Below are positions 1-10,740 of a DNA stretch of 31,276 bases, one piece after another. Below the pieces are notes generated by a model. That model saw nothing but the letters and a program-made list of their open reading frames with translations, did not search any database and was not told the DNA's origin. Positions within the stretch are counted from its first letter, which is position 1. Each line of letters begins with the position of its first letter. Both the position numbers and the translations under genes were made by a program. The stretch comes from Octopus sinensis (Eukaryota): assembly GCF_006345805.1 (NCBI RefSeq), contig NW_021836400.1, positions 1-31,276 on the forward strand. Reading direction: 5' to 3'.

Positions 1-98
1 AAAGAATACGTCCTAGGGGTCTTTTTGCTCGACTAAAGGCGGTGCTCCAGGAAGGCCGCAGTCAAATGACTGAAACAAGCAAAACAATAAAAGAATAA
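1..98 (+). mobile_element. 3' tail of tRNA-derived SINE family A (runs off window start)
   Basis: Matches the tail CGACTAAAGGCGGTGCTCCAGCATGGCCGCAGTCAAATGACTGAAACAAG seen in other copies (e.g. 448-515, 660-730). Confidence 0.8.
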
Positions 99-117
99 AG
101 TTATTCCTCCATACATA

Positions 118-732
118 GGCGTAGGAGTGGCTGTGTGGTAAGTAGGCTGCTTACGAACCACATGGTTCCGGGTTCAGTCCCACTGCGTGGCACCTTGGGC
201 AAGTGTCTTCTGCTATGGCCTCGGGACGACCAAAGCCATGTAAGTGGATTTGGTAGACGGAAACTGAAAGAAGCCCGTCGTATATATGTGTGTATGTTTG
301 TGTGTTGTGTTTTCCCCCCCACCTCCCCCAACATCGCTTGACAACCGATGCTGGTGTGTTTACGTCCCCGTAACTTAGCGGTTCGGCAAAAGAGACCGAT
401 AGAATAAGTACTAGGCTTACAAAGAATAAGTCCTGGGGTCGATGTCCTCGACTAAAGGCGGTGCTCCAGCATGGCCGCAGTCAAATGACTGAAGCAAGTA
501 AAAGAGTAAAAGAGTATATGTATGTCTGTGTTTTTCCCTCCAACATCGCTTGACAACCGATGCTGGTGTGTTTACGTCCCCGTAACTTAGCGGTTCGGCA
601 AAAGAGACCGATAGAATAAGTACTAGGCTTACAAAGAATAAGTCCTGGGGTCGATGTCCTCGACTAAAGGCGGTGCTCCAGCATGGCCGCAGTCAAATGA
701 CTGAAACAAGCATAAAAGAATAAAAGAATATT
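118..732 (+). mobile_element. Full-length SINE family A with tandemly duplicated tail and 20-bp TSD
   Basis: Pol III A box (TGGCTGTGTGG) and B box (GGTTCAGTCCC); CORE-like ACCTTGGGCAAGT; internal microsatellite; tail present twice (329-~515, 541-~730); flanks AGTTATTCCTCCATA(C/T)ATAG at 99-118 and 733-752. Confidence 0.85.
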
Positions 733-1070
733 AGTTATTCCTCCATATATAGTGCTGCTGCTCTCAGGAGCGATTTCTTCCATAACATCGAAGTTTGCAT
801 TAGTTTTCCGATTGAACAACAGTAACTGCTGCCATATCAGATTCTGTCAATACATGATAGATCTCAATGTCTTCTGAATCTTCCTTGGCATCCAAGTTAT
901 TGCTAATTCCCAGAATGCACAACGGTGCCACGAAATTATCAGATATAACTGTTGATTCCTCAAGAGCCAGAGATAAAATTAGTAAAAAGACGTAGTCTTT
1001 TATGTCATAATCTCTCCTAGTTCCTGGTTTTGCAGAAAGATAAGTATTCTGAATAAATATATTTTCTATC

Positions 1071-1232
1071 TGGATATGGCTGTGTGGTTATGAAGCTCGC
1101 TTTGCAATCACATGATTTCGAGTTCAAACCCACCGTGCGATACCTTGGGCAAATATTTTCTACTATGGCCCCAGACCATTCTAATGCGTTGTGAATGATT
1201 TGGTAGATGGAAACTGTGTGGAATCCCACCCT
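1071..1232 (+). mobile_element. Diverged SINE A head/body
   Basis: TGGCTGTGTGG...GAGTTCAAACCC...ACCTTGGGCAAAT...GATTTGGTAGATGGAAACTG aligns to 118-280. Confidence 0.7.
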
Positions 1233-1350
1233 ATACATGCATGCATAAATAAATAAGCGCATGGATATATAACACACGGGAGTGGAGAATTTCAAGCCTT
1301 TATCATAAATCGCAACATATGTTTCTGCACCGTACACCAGCTTTTAATTA

Positions 1351-1696
1351 CTCTTTTACTCTTTTATTTGTTTCAGTTATTTGACTGTGGCCATGCTGGA
1401 GCACCGCCTTTAGTCGAGCAAATCGAGGATCCTAGGACCTATTCTTTGTAAGCCTAGTACTTATTCTATCAGTCTCTTTTGCCGAACCGCAAAGTTACGG
1501 GGACGTAAACACACCAGCATCGGTTGTTAAGCGATGTTGGGGGTACAAACACAGACACACAAACATATACACACATGTACGTATGTATATATATATACTA
1601 TAGCCTCGGGCTGACCAAAGCCTTGTGAGTGGATCTGGTAGACGGAAATTGAAAGAAGCCCGTCTATATATATGTATATGTATATGTATATATATA

Positions 1697-1747
<51 letters not shown>

Positions 1748-1912
1748 CATATATATGACGGGCTTCTTTCAATTTCCGTCTACCAGATCCACTCACAAGG
1801 CTTTGGTCAGCCCGAGGCTATAGTAGAAGACACTTGCCCAAGGTGCCACGCAGTGGGACTGAACCCGGAACTATGTGGTTCGTAAGCAAGCTACTGACCA
1901 CACAGCCACTTT
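1351..1912 (-). mobile_element. Full-length SINE A containing an inverted duplication
   Basis: Tail 1351-1545, microsatellite, body/head 1757-1912, all reverse complement of the 118-515 copy. Confidence 0.85.
1596..1825. repeat. 230-bp palindrome: identical 69-bp arms (1596-1664 / 1757-1825) around a near-palindromic (TA)n/TATATG core
   Basis: The arms are exact reverse complements and share variants (GGATCTGG, GAAATTG, GGGCTG) not found in the 118 or 30783 copies. Confidence 0.9.
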
Positions 1913-2004
1913 CGCGCTAGTTGTTGAGTTTGTATTCATTTACCATTGTAGAAGATTGTTCTTATAATAATCGCCTTAAACCAAGGACGATCGCCTTAGC
2001 GATT

Positions 2005-2135
2005 AAACCAAGGATATCGACAGAACAAGTACCAGACTTTGAAAAATAAGTACTGGGGTTGATTTGTTCGACTAAGACCCGTCAAGACTGTGCCCCAGCA
2101 TGGCCGCAGTATAATGACCGAAACAGCTAAAGGTA
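2005..2135 (+). mobile_element. Diverged SINE A-type tail
   Basis: AATAAGTACTGGGGTTGATTTGTTCGACTAA...CCAGCATGGCCGCAGTATAATGACCGAAAC. Confidence 0.65.
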
Positions 2136-2148
2136 AAAAAAAAAATCA

Positions 2149-2330
2149 ACTTGTTAACGTTATCTCTACAGATATTTTGTAGAAATTGTAGCCAGCACTG
2201 ACTTTGGCTACGACGTTTCGTACCCGTGACGTCAGATGTAAACAAACAATGAGATCAAAGATAAAAGAAGGTAATGATTGTATATACCATATTTCGGGAG
2301 TTTTTGCCCTCTCATCAGCGCTCATCTAAC
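2149..2330 (-). repeat. Copy 1 of a diverged ~180-bp duplicated unit with hammerhead-like cores (possible PLE pseudo-LTR)
   Basis: Aligns by eye with 2564-2746; minus strand has CTGATGA (2318-2312) ...CCCGAAA and a second degenerate CTGACG...CGAAACGTCGTA. Confidence 0.6.
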
Positions 2331-2563
2331 CCCTTAACGATCCACGAACACATTGCTTAAATAGCCACTAAATACTGCGGTATAACATTATTGGATGTAC
2401 CAATTTTACTTATTAGATGCATTCTTGGAAGCTGGTACGGAAATATTAATGACTTGTATGACGTGGTATTTTGTTATGTAACCATATTACACTATAAAGT
2501 ATATTAAATGTTTTTTATAAGTCAATAACCGTGTTCTACTGTGTTAGCAGTGCACTTTACATC

Positions 2564-2746
2564 ACTTGTTAAGAATATCTCAACAGATATTGTACAGAAA
2601 TTATAGCTAGCAGTGGTTTTTGTTACGACATTTCGTACCCGCGATGTCAGAAGTAAGCAAACAATGAAATCGAAGATGAAAAAAAGATTAATTGGCGTAT
2701 ATGCCATGTTTCGGGACTTTTTACCCTTTCATCAGTACCCATCTAG
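2564..2746 (-). repeat. Copy 2 of the ~180-bp duplicated unit
   Basis: Minus strand GGGTA-CTGATGA(2735-2729)-AAGGG...CCC-GAAA-CATGGC-ATA-TACGCC. Confidence 0.6.
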
Positions 2747-3230
2747 AAAAACTTGTACAACTCGCCGCTAACATCGGACCGACACGTTTCTTATTCGATT
2801 TTTGAAGGTTCATATTTTACTCTGTCATAACCAAGTTGCACAGCAATACTGGATAACTGCTACATTTTTTTTTGATATCCATACTTAATCACTTTTTCCC
2901 TCAAATACACACACACACACATGCGTTTTTGGAATCTCACTCTCTTTTGTGAGCTTTCACACATTTTTTCCCTCTCTGTTTTCGTTTGCTCTGCACACAC
3001 AAATGGTGTTTTGGATTAAACAACAATGAATTTTTCTCTCGTTTTATGAATAAACAATTCGATCTGCATATTTCACCATTGTCTTTCATGTTGTGTTACT
3101 GGACTATGCAAATTACTCACTGTTAACCTGGGGCTAAACAACAACAGCAACAACAACAACAACAACAACGACGACAACGGTAACAACAACAGCAACAATA
3201 GAATCGGGTAAGACGAAAGATTGATTTCAG

Positions 3231-3308
3231 GTGGGTGAACTTCTTCATCGGTTCCTTATAAATCTCAAAGTTGTACACAAAGATTCTTGTTTGGTTAACA
3301 ATTCTCAG
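3231..3308 (+). CDS. Candidate 78-nt phase-0 exon (VGELLHRFLINLKVVHKDSCLVNNSQ), unidentified
   Basis: Acceptor TTGATTTCAG|, donor CAG|GTATTA; only frame 0 is open; no homology recognised. Confidence 0.25.
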
Positions 3309-3361
3309 GTATTATTGCCACGAAGTTCAAGATGCAGGTCATACATAAATTACCTTTAGAA

Positions 3362-3366
3362 TAAAA

Positions 3367-3412
<46 letters not shown>

Positions 3413-3688
3413 TAATAATAATAATAGAATAATAATAATAATATGTAATAGTAATAATAATAATATAATAATAATAATAACAATAACAATAATAATAATA
3501 ATCATAATATAATAAGAAAATAATATAATAATATAATAATAATAATAATATAGTAATAATAATAATAATTATAATAGTAATAGTAATAATAATAATAATA
3601 TAATAATAATAATAAAACAATAACATAATAATAATAATCATAATAATAATAATAATAATAGTAGTAATAATAATAATAATAATAATAA
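3362..3688. repeat. (AAT)n microsatellite
   Basis: Directly visible. Confidence 0.95.
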
Positions 3689-4236
3689 GCCTGATGCAGT
3701 ACCAGGCAGTGGCTCCCATGGCTTCTGATTTTAACTGATTGGAAGTGTTATCATGTACATGTTTTGTCTTGGTATAAAAGATGGGCTACAGCAAATATTC
3801 TGCTCAATACCACAGATTTGCTTGTCAGTTGTTGGACCTTAACCAGTTGAGCATGTCCCTAGTGGCTGACGATATGTGCATCTCTGATCACGAGCAGAAG
3901 TAGTGGGGGAGCATCATATCCATGTGTTGAGAGGGATTCTTTGGGGTTTGAATAGTTCACCTCTGGAAACATGGGTGGTTCTTTCAACATCCTTAACAAC
4001 CCTTATTCAGGGACCGTTTGAGCAGGATGGGCTACTCAAAATGAAGAAAATTCTAACTGGGCCCCACCTGCAAGGTCATGTGCTGTTTATCTTGATATGA
4101 GATCACCATGTCGCGCACATATGGTTGTGATGCTGTGCCTGGTGTACCTTATCAGACGGGTAGTCATGATGGGTATATTGGGCTTCGTATATTTTACCCC
4201 AGTGTCACTTTGATGGCATGAACTGCTCTCTCACTC
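3689..4236. mobile_element. ~550-bp non-coding interspersed element embedded in (AAT)n
   Basis: High-complexity block with sharp edges, (AAT)n on both sides, no TIRs, no convincing ORF. Confidence 0.55.
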
Positions 4237-4261
4237 AATAATAATAATAATAATAGTAATA

Positions 4262-4299
<38 letters not shown>

Positions 4300-4360
4300 T
4301 AATAATAATAATAATAGTAATAATAATAATAATAATAATATAATAATAATAATAATAGTA

Positions 4361-4397
<37 letters not shown>

Positions 4398-4441
4398 TAA
4401 CAATAATAATAATAATCATAATAATAATAATAATAATAGTA

Positions 4442-4495
<54 letters not shown>

Positions 4496-4501
4496 GTAAT
4501 A

Positions 4502-4554
<53 letters not shown>

Positions 4555-4560
4555 CATCAT
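4237..4560. repeat. (AAT)n microsatellite
   Basis: Directly visible. Confidence 0.95.
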
Positions 4561-4639
4561 AAAAATCGCAAATTAATCACCGTCAAGATGTGATGCGTGC
4601 AACAAATGCAGTCCATGTATTTGTTTTTTTTTTGTTTTC

Positions 4640-5222
<583 letters not shown>

Positions 5223-5390
5223 GAGCCTTCCTCCCCCTATATTTCCCAATTAACTCTGTGGAGTTATCCTTATTTTTCTTTTCCGCATTTTTGTTTGCAG
5301 AATTTTTTTCTGAAATTTTCAAATTGTAAAGGCAATTTATGGACACCTAGTATTTTCAAGACTATTCTTTTCTTCCCTTATTTCTCACAG

Positions 5391-5456
5391 TTGGCCAAGC
5401 TTCCATTTTACGAGGCTGTGTTTCCTGACGATTCTCTACTGAGGCTGCACCGATGA
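5391..5456 (+). CDS. Candidate terminal coding exon (LAKLPFYEAVFPDDSLLRLHR*), unidentified
   Basis: Very strong acceptor CTATTCTTTTCTTCCCTTATTTCTCACAG|; phase-0 reading is compatible with 3231-3308; no homology recognised. Confidence 0.35.
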   Translation: MAKLPFYEAVFPDDSLLRLHR

Positions 5457-5552
5457 TCTGTGTCCAAGAAGCCTTTGGCAGGATCTGTTTCTCTCTGTTT
5501 AGTTTTTTCTTCAGAAAAAAAAAGCAAACAACGCCTGTTTTTTTTTAAAGTA

Positions 5553-6325
5553 TTAGGTTGTCAAGAAAGTTCTTTCGGTTTCTAACCTTTAAATTCAGAT
5601 GTACATATCTCGGCTCAAACAAAACTTTATTAATCGAAACAAACACCATCAGAATCAACACACTTTTGCCAACGTGAAACAAGTTTATTTATGCCAGTAG
5701 CGTAAAAAATCCTGCGTTCTGGTGGCGATGAAGTCATTGAAGGCGTGTTTGGCATCGTCTTGGTTTTTGAAGTATTTCTCACGCAGGAAGTTGTCGAGAT
5801 GCTTGAAAAAGTGGTAGTTGGTTGGCGAGAGGTCTGGTGAGTATGGCGGATGAGGCAGAGTTTCGTAGTCCAATTCATCCAACTTCTGCAGGGTCTGTTG
5901 TGCGACGTGCGGCCGTGCGTTGTCGTGGAGAAGAATTAGTCCTTTTCTATTGACCAATGCTAGCTGTTGTTGTCGGATTTTCTTATGCATTTTATCCATT
6001 TGCTGACAGTAGTTCTCCGCCGTAATGGTTTCGCCTAGATCCGAAAAGCTGTGATAAATGAGACCGGACGCAGACTACCAACCAGTCACCAAACAGACCT
6101 TCTTTTGGTGCAACTTTGGCTTCGGGAAGTGCCGTGGAGTTCCGTCGGCGTCCCAGCACTGAACTGAGCGTCGCCGCTTGTCGTAAAGAATCCACTTTTC
6201 TTCACAAGTCACAGTCCGGTTGAGAAACTGATCGTTCTTGTGTAAAAGAAGGGAAGACGACACTTCAAAACGGAGTTTTTTTTTTCGGTTGTTCAACTCG
6301 TGCGGCACCCATTTTTGATTTTGTT
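5553..6325 (-). mobile_element. 5'-truncated, frameshifted mariner (Hsmar1/SETMAR-like) transposase relic with one TIR
   Basis: Motifs WVPHEL, VTC(E)EKWILYD, LLHDNARPH, PHPPYSPDLSPT(N)YHFF, LVSRWQKCVDSDG spread over several frames; TA at 5551-5552 followed by TIR TTAGGTTGTCAAGAAAGTTCTTTCGGTTT. Confidence 0.95.
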
Positions 6326-6574
6326 TTGGGACTTCGGTAAAATGGCTGTGAAACACGAGAAGGGGTCCTTTTCTTTGGGTTTTCGAATGGTCATCGGCCC
6401 AAGTAGTAAACCTTACAGACGATTCTGCCACTCGATCCAGGCAACCATGCATAAAGACAACACCATCCTACGCGGCACATGTGGTACATGTGGCACATGT
6501 GGGTCCAGGCGCTAACAATTATATAGTGATAGTGTGTTCGTTTAAAATTCTATTGATACCAAGTGGAGGCGGTG

Positions 6575-7514
6575 ACGGCGGCAGCAGCCGTAGTAGTAGT
6601 AGTAGTAGTAGTAGTAGTAAGTAGTAGTAGTAGTAGTAGTAGTAATAACAGTAATAGTGGTAGTATGAGGTGGTGGCGGCAGTGGTAATAGTAGGAGTAT
6701 CAGCAGTCGTAATAGTAACGGTAGTGGTGGTGGTGGTCGTTGTAGTAATAGTAGTAGTAATGATGGTGGTGGAGGCCGTGGAAGTAACAGCAGCTACAGC
6801 AGCAGCAACAGCAGCAGCTGTAGGAGTAGTTGTAATGGTGGTGGTGGTGGAGACAGTGGTTAGTAGTATTAGTAATAATGGTGGTGGTGAGTTGGTGATG
6901 GTAGTAGTAATAGTAGTGTGGTGGTTTAGTAATAGTAGTAGTAGTAGTAGTAGTAGTAGTAGAAGTGGTGGTTGTGGTGTTAGTGTTGGTGGTTGTAGTA
7001 GTATTGGTAGTAATGGTGGTTCTGGTGGTTGTGGTAGAAGTGGTGGTGGTATTAGTAGTAACGGTAGTAATGGTGGGAGTAGTAATAGTAGTTAATGATG
7101 GTGGTGGTGGTAGTAGTAACAGTAGTAATGGTGGGAGTAGTAGTTAATGATGGTGGTGGTGGTAGTAGTAGTAGTAGTTAATGATGGTGGTGTGTGGTGG
7201 GTAGTAGTAACAGTAGTAATGGTGGTAGTAGTAGTAGTTAATGATGAGTGGTGGTGGTTGTTGTAGTAGTAGTAGTTAATGATGGTGGTGGTGGTAGTAG
7301 TAACAGTAGTAATGGTGGGAGTAGTAGTAGTTAATGATGGTGGTGGTGGTTGTAGTAGTAGTAGTTAATGATGGTGGTGGTGGTAGTAGTAACAGTAGTA
7401 ATGGTGGGAGTAGTAGTAGTTAATGATGGTGGTGGTGGTTGTAGTAGTAGTAGTTAATGATGGTGGTGGTGGTAGTAGTTAATGATGGTGGTGGTGGTAG
7501 TAAGCAGTCGTAGC

Positions 7515-7552
<38 letters not shown>

Positions 7553-7665
7553 CAGTAGTAGTAGTAGTAATTGTAGTAGTAGTAGTAGTAGTAGTAATAG
7601 TAGTAGTAGTAGTTGTAGTAGGAAAGATAGCAAAAGTAGTAGTGGTGGTGATGGTAGTGGCAGCC
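6575..7665. repeat. Compound (AGT)n/(GGT)n trinucleotide array
   Basis: Directly visible; source of the poly-V/S/G ORFs. Confidence 0.95.
7089..7502. repeat. Higher-order minisatellite (~89-bp A+B unit x4) within the trinucleotide array
   Basis: GTTAATGATG anchors at 7091, 7143, 7177, 7237, 7275, 7330, 7364, 7419, 7453, 7478, alternating ~55/~34 bp. Confidence 0.85.
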
Positions 7666-8157
7666 AAAGTGTGAAGATCATATAACGAAGTCACGTGTTT
7701 TGTTCGGTTGAGTTTCCTGCTTAGAGTTAACGAATTTCCGTCAATTTGCCTCTGCTAACAGAGAATTTAGGAACGAAAAAACGAAATTCCACAATTTCCT
7801 CTCTCTGCTGACATTTACATAATTTATTATTCCAAGGTCAAATGTTGGAAGGCCATGCATATCTTTGTTTGTATTTAGTTTAGTTGTGTTTAGCATGTTT
7901 TTTTTTTTGTATTTTTTTTTTTTCTTTCGTAATGTTTGCATAATTTTATCTGAACTTTTTTTTTTTTGATACCTTGTTTTCTCAAATTCATAAATTTATA
8001 AATTTATAAATTTGGAACAAACTAAAAGAAGTGATATCGGGAGAAGATCAGGTAGACCAGGTAGAAAAGGTAACATGTAGCAAAAGCAAACCTCAACTTA
8101 CGTCGTTTCGGGGTTACATCTTTTTCGACTTAAATCGTTTTATATTTATGTATGTGC

Positions 8158-8330
8158 GTGTATTTCGTCTGTCTTTACGTTTTGAGTTCAAATTCCACCG
8201 AGGTCGATTTTGCCTTTTATCCTTTCGGGATCGATAAATTAAGTACCAGTTACATACTGGGGTGGATCTAATGGACTGCTCCCTCCCCAAAAATGTCGGG
8301 CCTTGTGCCTAGAATAGAATAGAAAAGAAT
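8158..8330 (+). mobile_element. SINE family B, 5'-truncated
   Basis: TATTTCGTCTGTCTTTACG..GAGTTCAAATTCCACCGAGGTCGA...CCTTTCGGGATCGATAAATTAAGTACCAG; related to 24907-25311. Confidence 0.75.
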
Positions 8331-9130
8331 ATGTACAGACCATTCTTACCTGAAAGGTTAATAACCCCAGTACTTCGAGGCACATATTTCTGATAATCCA
8401 TCTCATAATCCAAGTTTTTTCATTTTTTAAATTCTGAAATGTTTGTTGTTTGAACGTGTTTTCGAAATATTATTTGAAAACAATGAAGAAAAAATTTGTC
8501 TTGGTATTCTATTTTTTATGAAAAACCCAAAACACTTCGCTAGCGACACTTGTGAAAATGGCTGCTTCAGGCCGACGTTTTTAGCTTAAATTTCTGGCCC
8601 TCGTGTATGTGTGTATGCCTTTGTGTTCGAGCGTGTACATATGTGTGTGAGTGTATTTGTAATAAATTAAACTAAAATTAGTAGCATTTAACTCGAGGCT
8701 GTACAAAGATTAAGATTAGTTCATGCTTTGTTATGTTTTTTTTCTCTTCTTTCTTGCAAGTTTATTTTTCTCAGTTTTCACTTTTTCACTATTGAAATTC
8801 TTCAGGCTATCGCAATTGAAAAGACCTACAGCTTATGCAAAAAAAGAAAAAAAGTAAAAAAGAAAAAATAATAAACAGTTGACATTTTCGATTATAAAAA
8901 TTAAATTAAATTTGAAGATTTACATTGAATAACCAAAGATAGTAACAAATTTGCACGCAACAAGACACGAGATACGAACCAGGTGATCGTACTAAACCTT
9001 CATCGCAAGACAAACCGACACACTTCGCTCACTCAAATATGCTTTCCTTGAGTGTTACTACAGAACCTTATTGATTTGTATCTTTCTCGTCCCTCACACA
9101 TGACTCCTCGATATTTATCGTATTTCATCT

Positions 9131-9400
9131 GACTTAGCGGCATTTCGTCCTTCCGTCTTTACGTTTGGAGTTCAAATTCTATCAAGGTTGATTATGAATG
9201 TCATCCTTTCATACTTTCGAGGTCGATAAAGCAAGTACAATTGTGCATTGGAGTCGATGCCGCTAAGTTATCCTTCTCTCGAAGCTCCCGGCCTTGTGCA
9301 AAAAAATTGAAATCAATATTACATAATTATTTGAAGGAGCGAGCTGACAGAATCGTTAGCACGCCGGGTATAATACTTAAAGGAATTTCGCCCGTCTTTA
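9131..9400 (+). mobile_element. Diverged SINE B fragments (body 9131-9317, head 9336-9400)
   Basis: CTTAGCGGCATTTCGTC, GAGTTCAAATTC, GAGGTCGATAAA; head GGAGCGAGCTGACAGAATCGTTAGCACGCCGGG. Confidence 0.65.
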
Positions 9401-9859
9401 CTGGCGTTGTACCATAATCGGAAACAAATATTACTTAATTATTTATGTTCGTGAGGTGTCCGAACTATGTACTATTGAAACAATCATATAGAAAGAATAA
9501 ACGTAATGACTTTATCTTCGTTCTTGGACTTACTGTACGTAAACAAAATCAAATGGAAAACAATCTGTCACAAAGTACGCTGTATATTATTATCTTTAGC
9601 GACTCATGGTATTTTCATTGTCCAATTAATCTTACCTCTCTTTCCATTTGACTCCCACTGGTTAAGACGAGTTGCTCAAGCATTTATATATTATAAAATG
9701 CTGAGACACTTCGTATTTCAACGTACCATTTCATATCATGACGTGATCAATGGTAGATCTCATCCATAATAATTTCTAATTATTCATTCAACTTGATTAC
9801 CGGTGGCGGGAACGGTTAAAATGGAAAGTAAATACACGAAATAACAACAAGTTTCCTGC

Positions 9860-10052
9860 TATTCTCTCATGCAATATATCACGATCTTACACCGAGCATA
9901 CCTAAACATGGTTAGCTCTGCACAGCTGTGCATTGATGCAGCAGAGAACCATTTTGAAAATCTATAATACCGAGTCCTTTCCAGCACTTGTAAATTTTTC
10001 TTGATGTACACTATATTACGGAACCTAGTATACTTTGTCATGCGCCACCCTG
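9860..10052 (+). mobile_element. 3' fragment of a Tc1/mariner-superfamily (non-Hsmar-type) element with right TIR
   Basis: Translation ILHRAYLNMVSSAQLCIDAAENHFENL* (stop 9965-9967) resembles the C-terminal R..C....G.HFE motif of Tc1/mariner transposases; ends CACCCTG|TA. Confidence 0.65.
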
Positions 10053-10138
10053 TATACATACATACATACATACATACATACATACGTACGTACATACATA
10101 CATACATACATACATACATACATACATACATACATACA

Positions 10139-10170
<32 letters not shown>

Positions 10171-10174
10171 CACA

Positions 10175-10207
<33 letters not shown>

Positions 10208-10345
10208 GTATATATGTATATATGTATATATGTATGTATGTGTATATGTATGTATGTACGTACGTATGTATGTATGTATGTATGTATGTATGTTGTATGT
10301 ATGTATATATATATATATATAGATATATAATATATATATATATAT
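10053..10345. repeat. (TACA)n/(TATG)n/(TA)n compound microsatellite
   Basis: Directly visible. Confidence 0.95.
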
Positions 10346-10476
10346 GTAAGGATCAAAAACGCAATAGAGGAGAGATAGACGATACAAAAACGGACAAGAG
10401 AAAACAAAACAAAGGCATCTTTCGACTGAGAACAAACAAATTGAGCCGATGTGTATGAAGTGAAAGCCTAAAGGTA

Positions 10477-10525
<49 letters not shown>

Positions 10526-10740
10526 ATATATATATAAAGAATAGTTATTATTTGGACTTTGGGGTATATGGCTAGTAGTATACGGATTAGAGCATACGGA
10601 CTCCATCCATGGATGCGGCACAACTATATGTACCCTACCCTACCCGTAAAGGAGAGATGCAGAATGGGTCAAAACGATTGCTGTGCTCAATAAAGTTTCT
10701 TCCTATATCCATTTTTTGTTTCCCTCATTCATTGGCCAGG

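Noticed and set aside
3295-4560. Poly-L/I/Y ORFs on the minus strand
   Set aside because: Translations of (AAT)n microsatellites.
6326-6560. High-complexity sequence after the mariner break, with a 9-bp (C/T)ACATGTGG triplication and 71-aa ORF
   Set aside because: No recognisable motif in any frame; the second mariner TIR is not present.
6670-7694. Poly-V/S/G/T ORFs
   Set aside because: Translations of the (AGT)n/(GGT)n array; no splice or codon evidence.
8345-8352. Consensus minus-strand splice donors (CAG|GTAAGA here; also ~9533 and ~9635)
   Set aside because: No convincing matching acceptors or recognisable peptides.
8806-8871. Strong acceptor followed by AIAIEKTYSLCKKRKKVKKKK* and AATAAA
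   Set aside because: The lysine run comes from a poly-A tract, there is no partner exon, and such acceptors are common in T-rich DNA.
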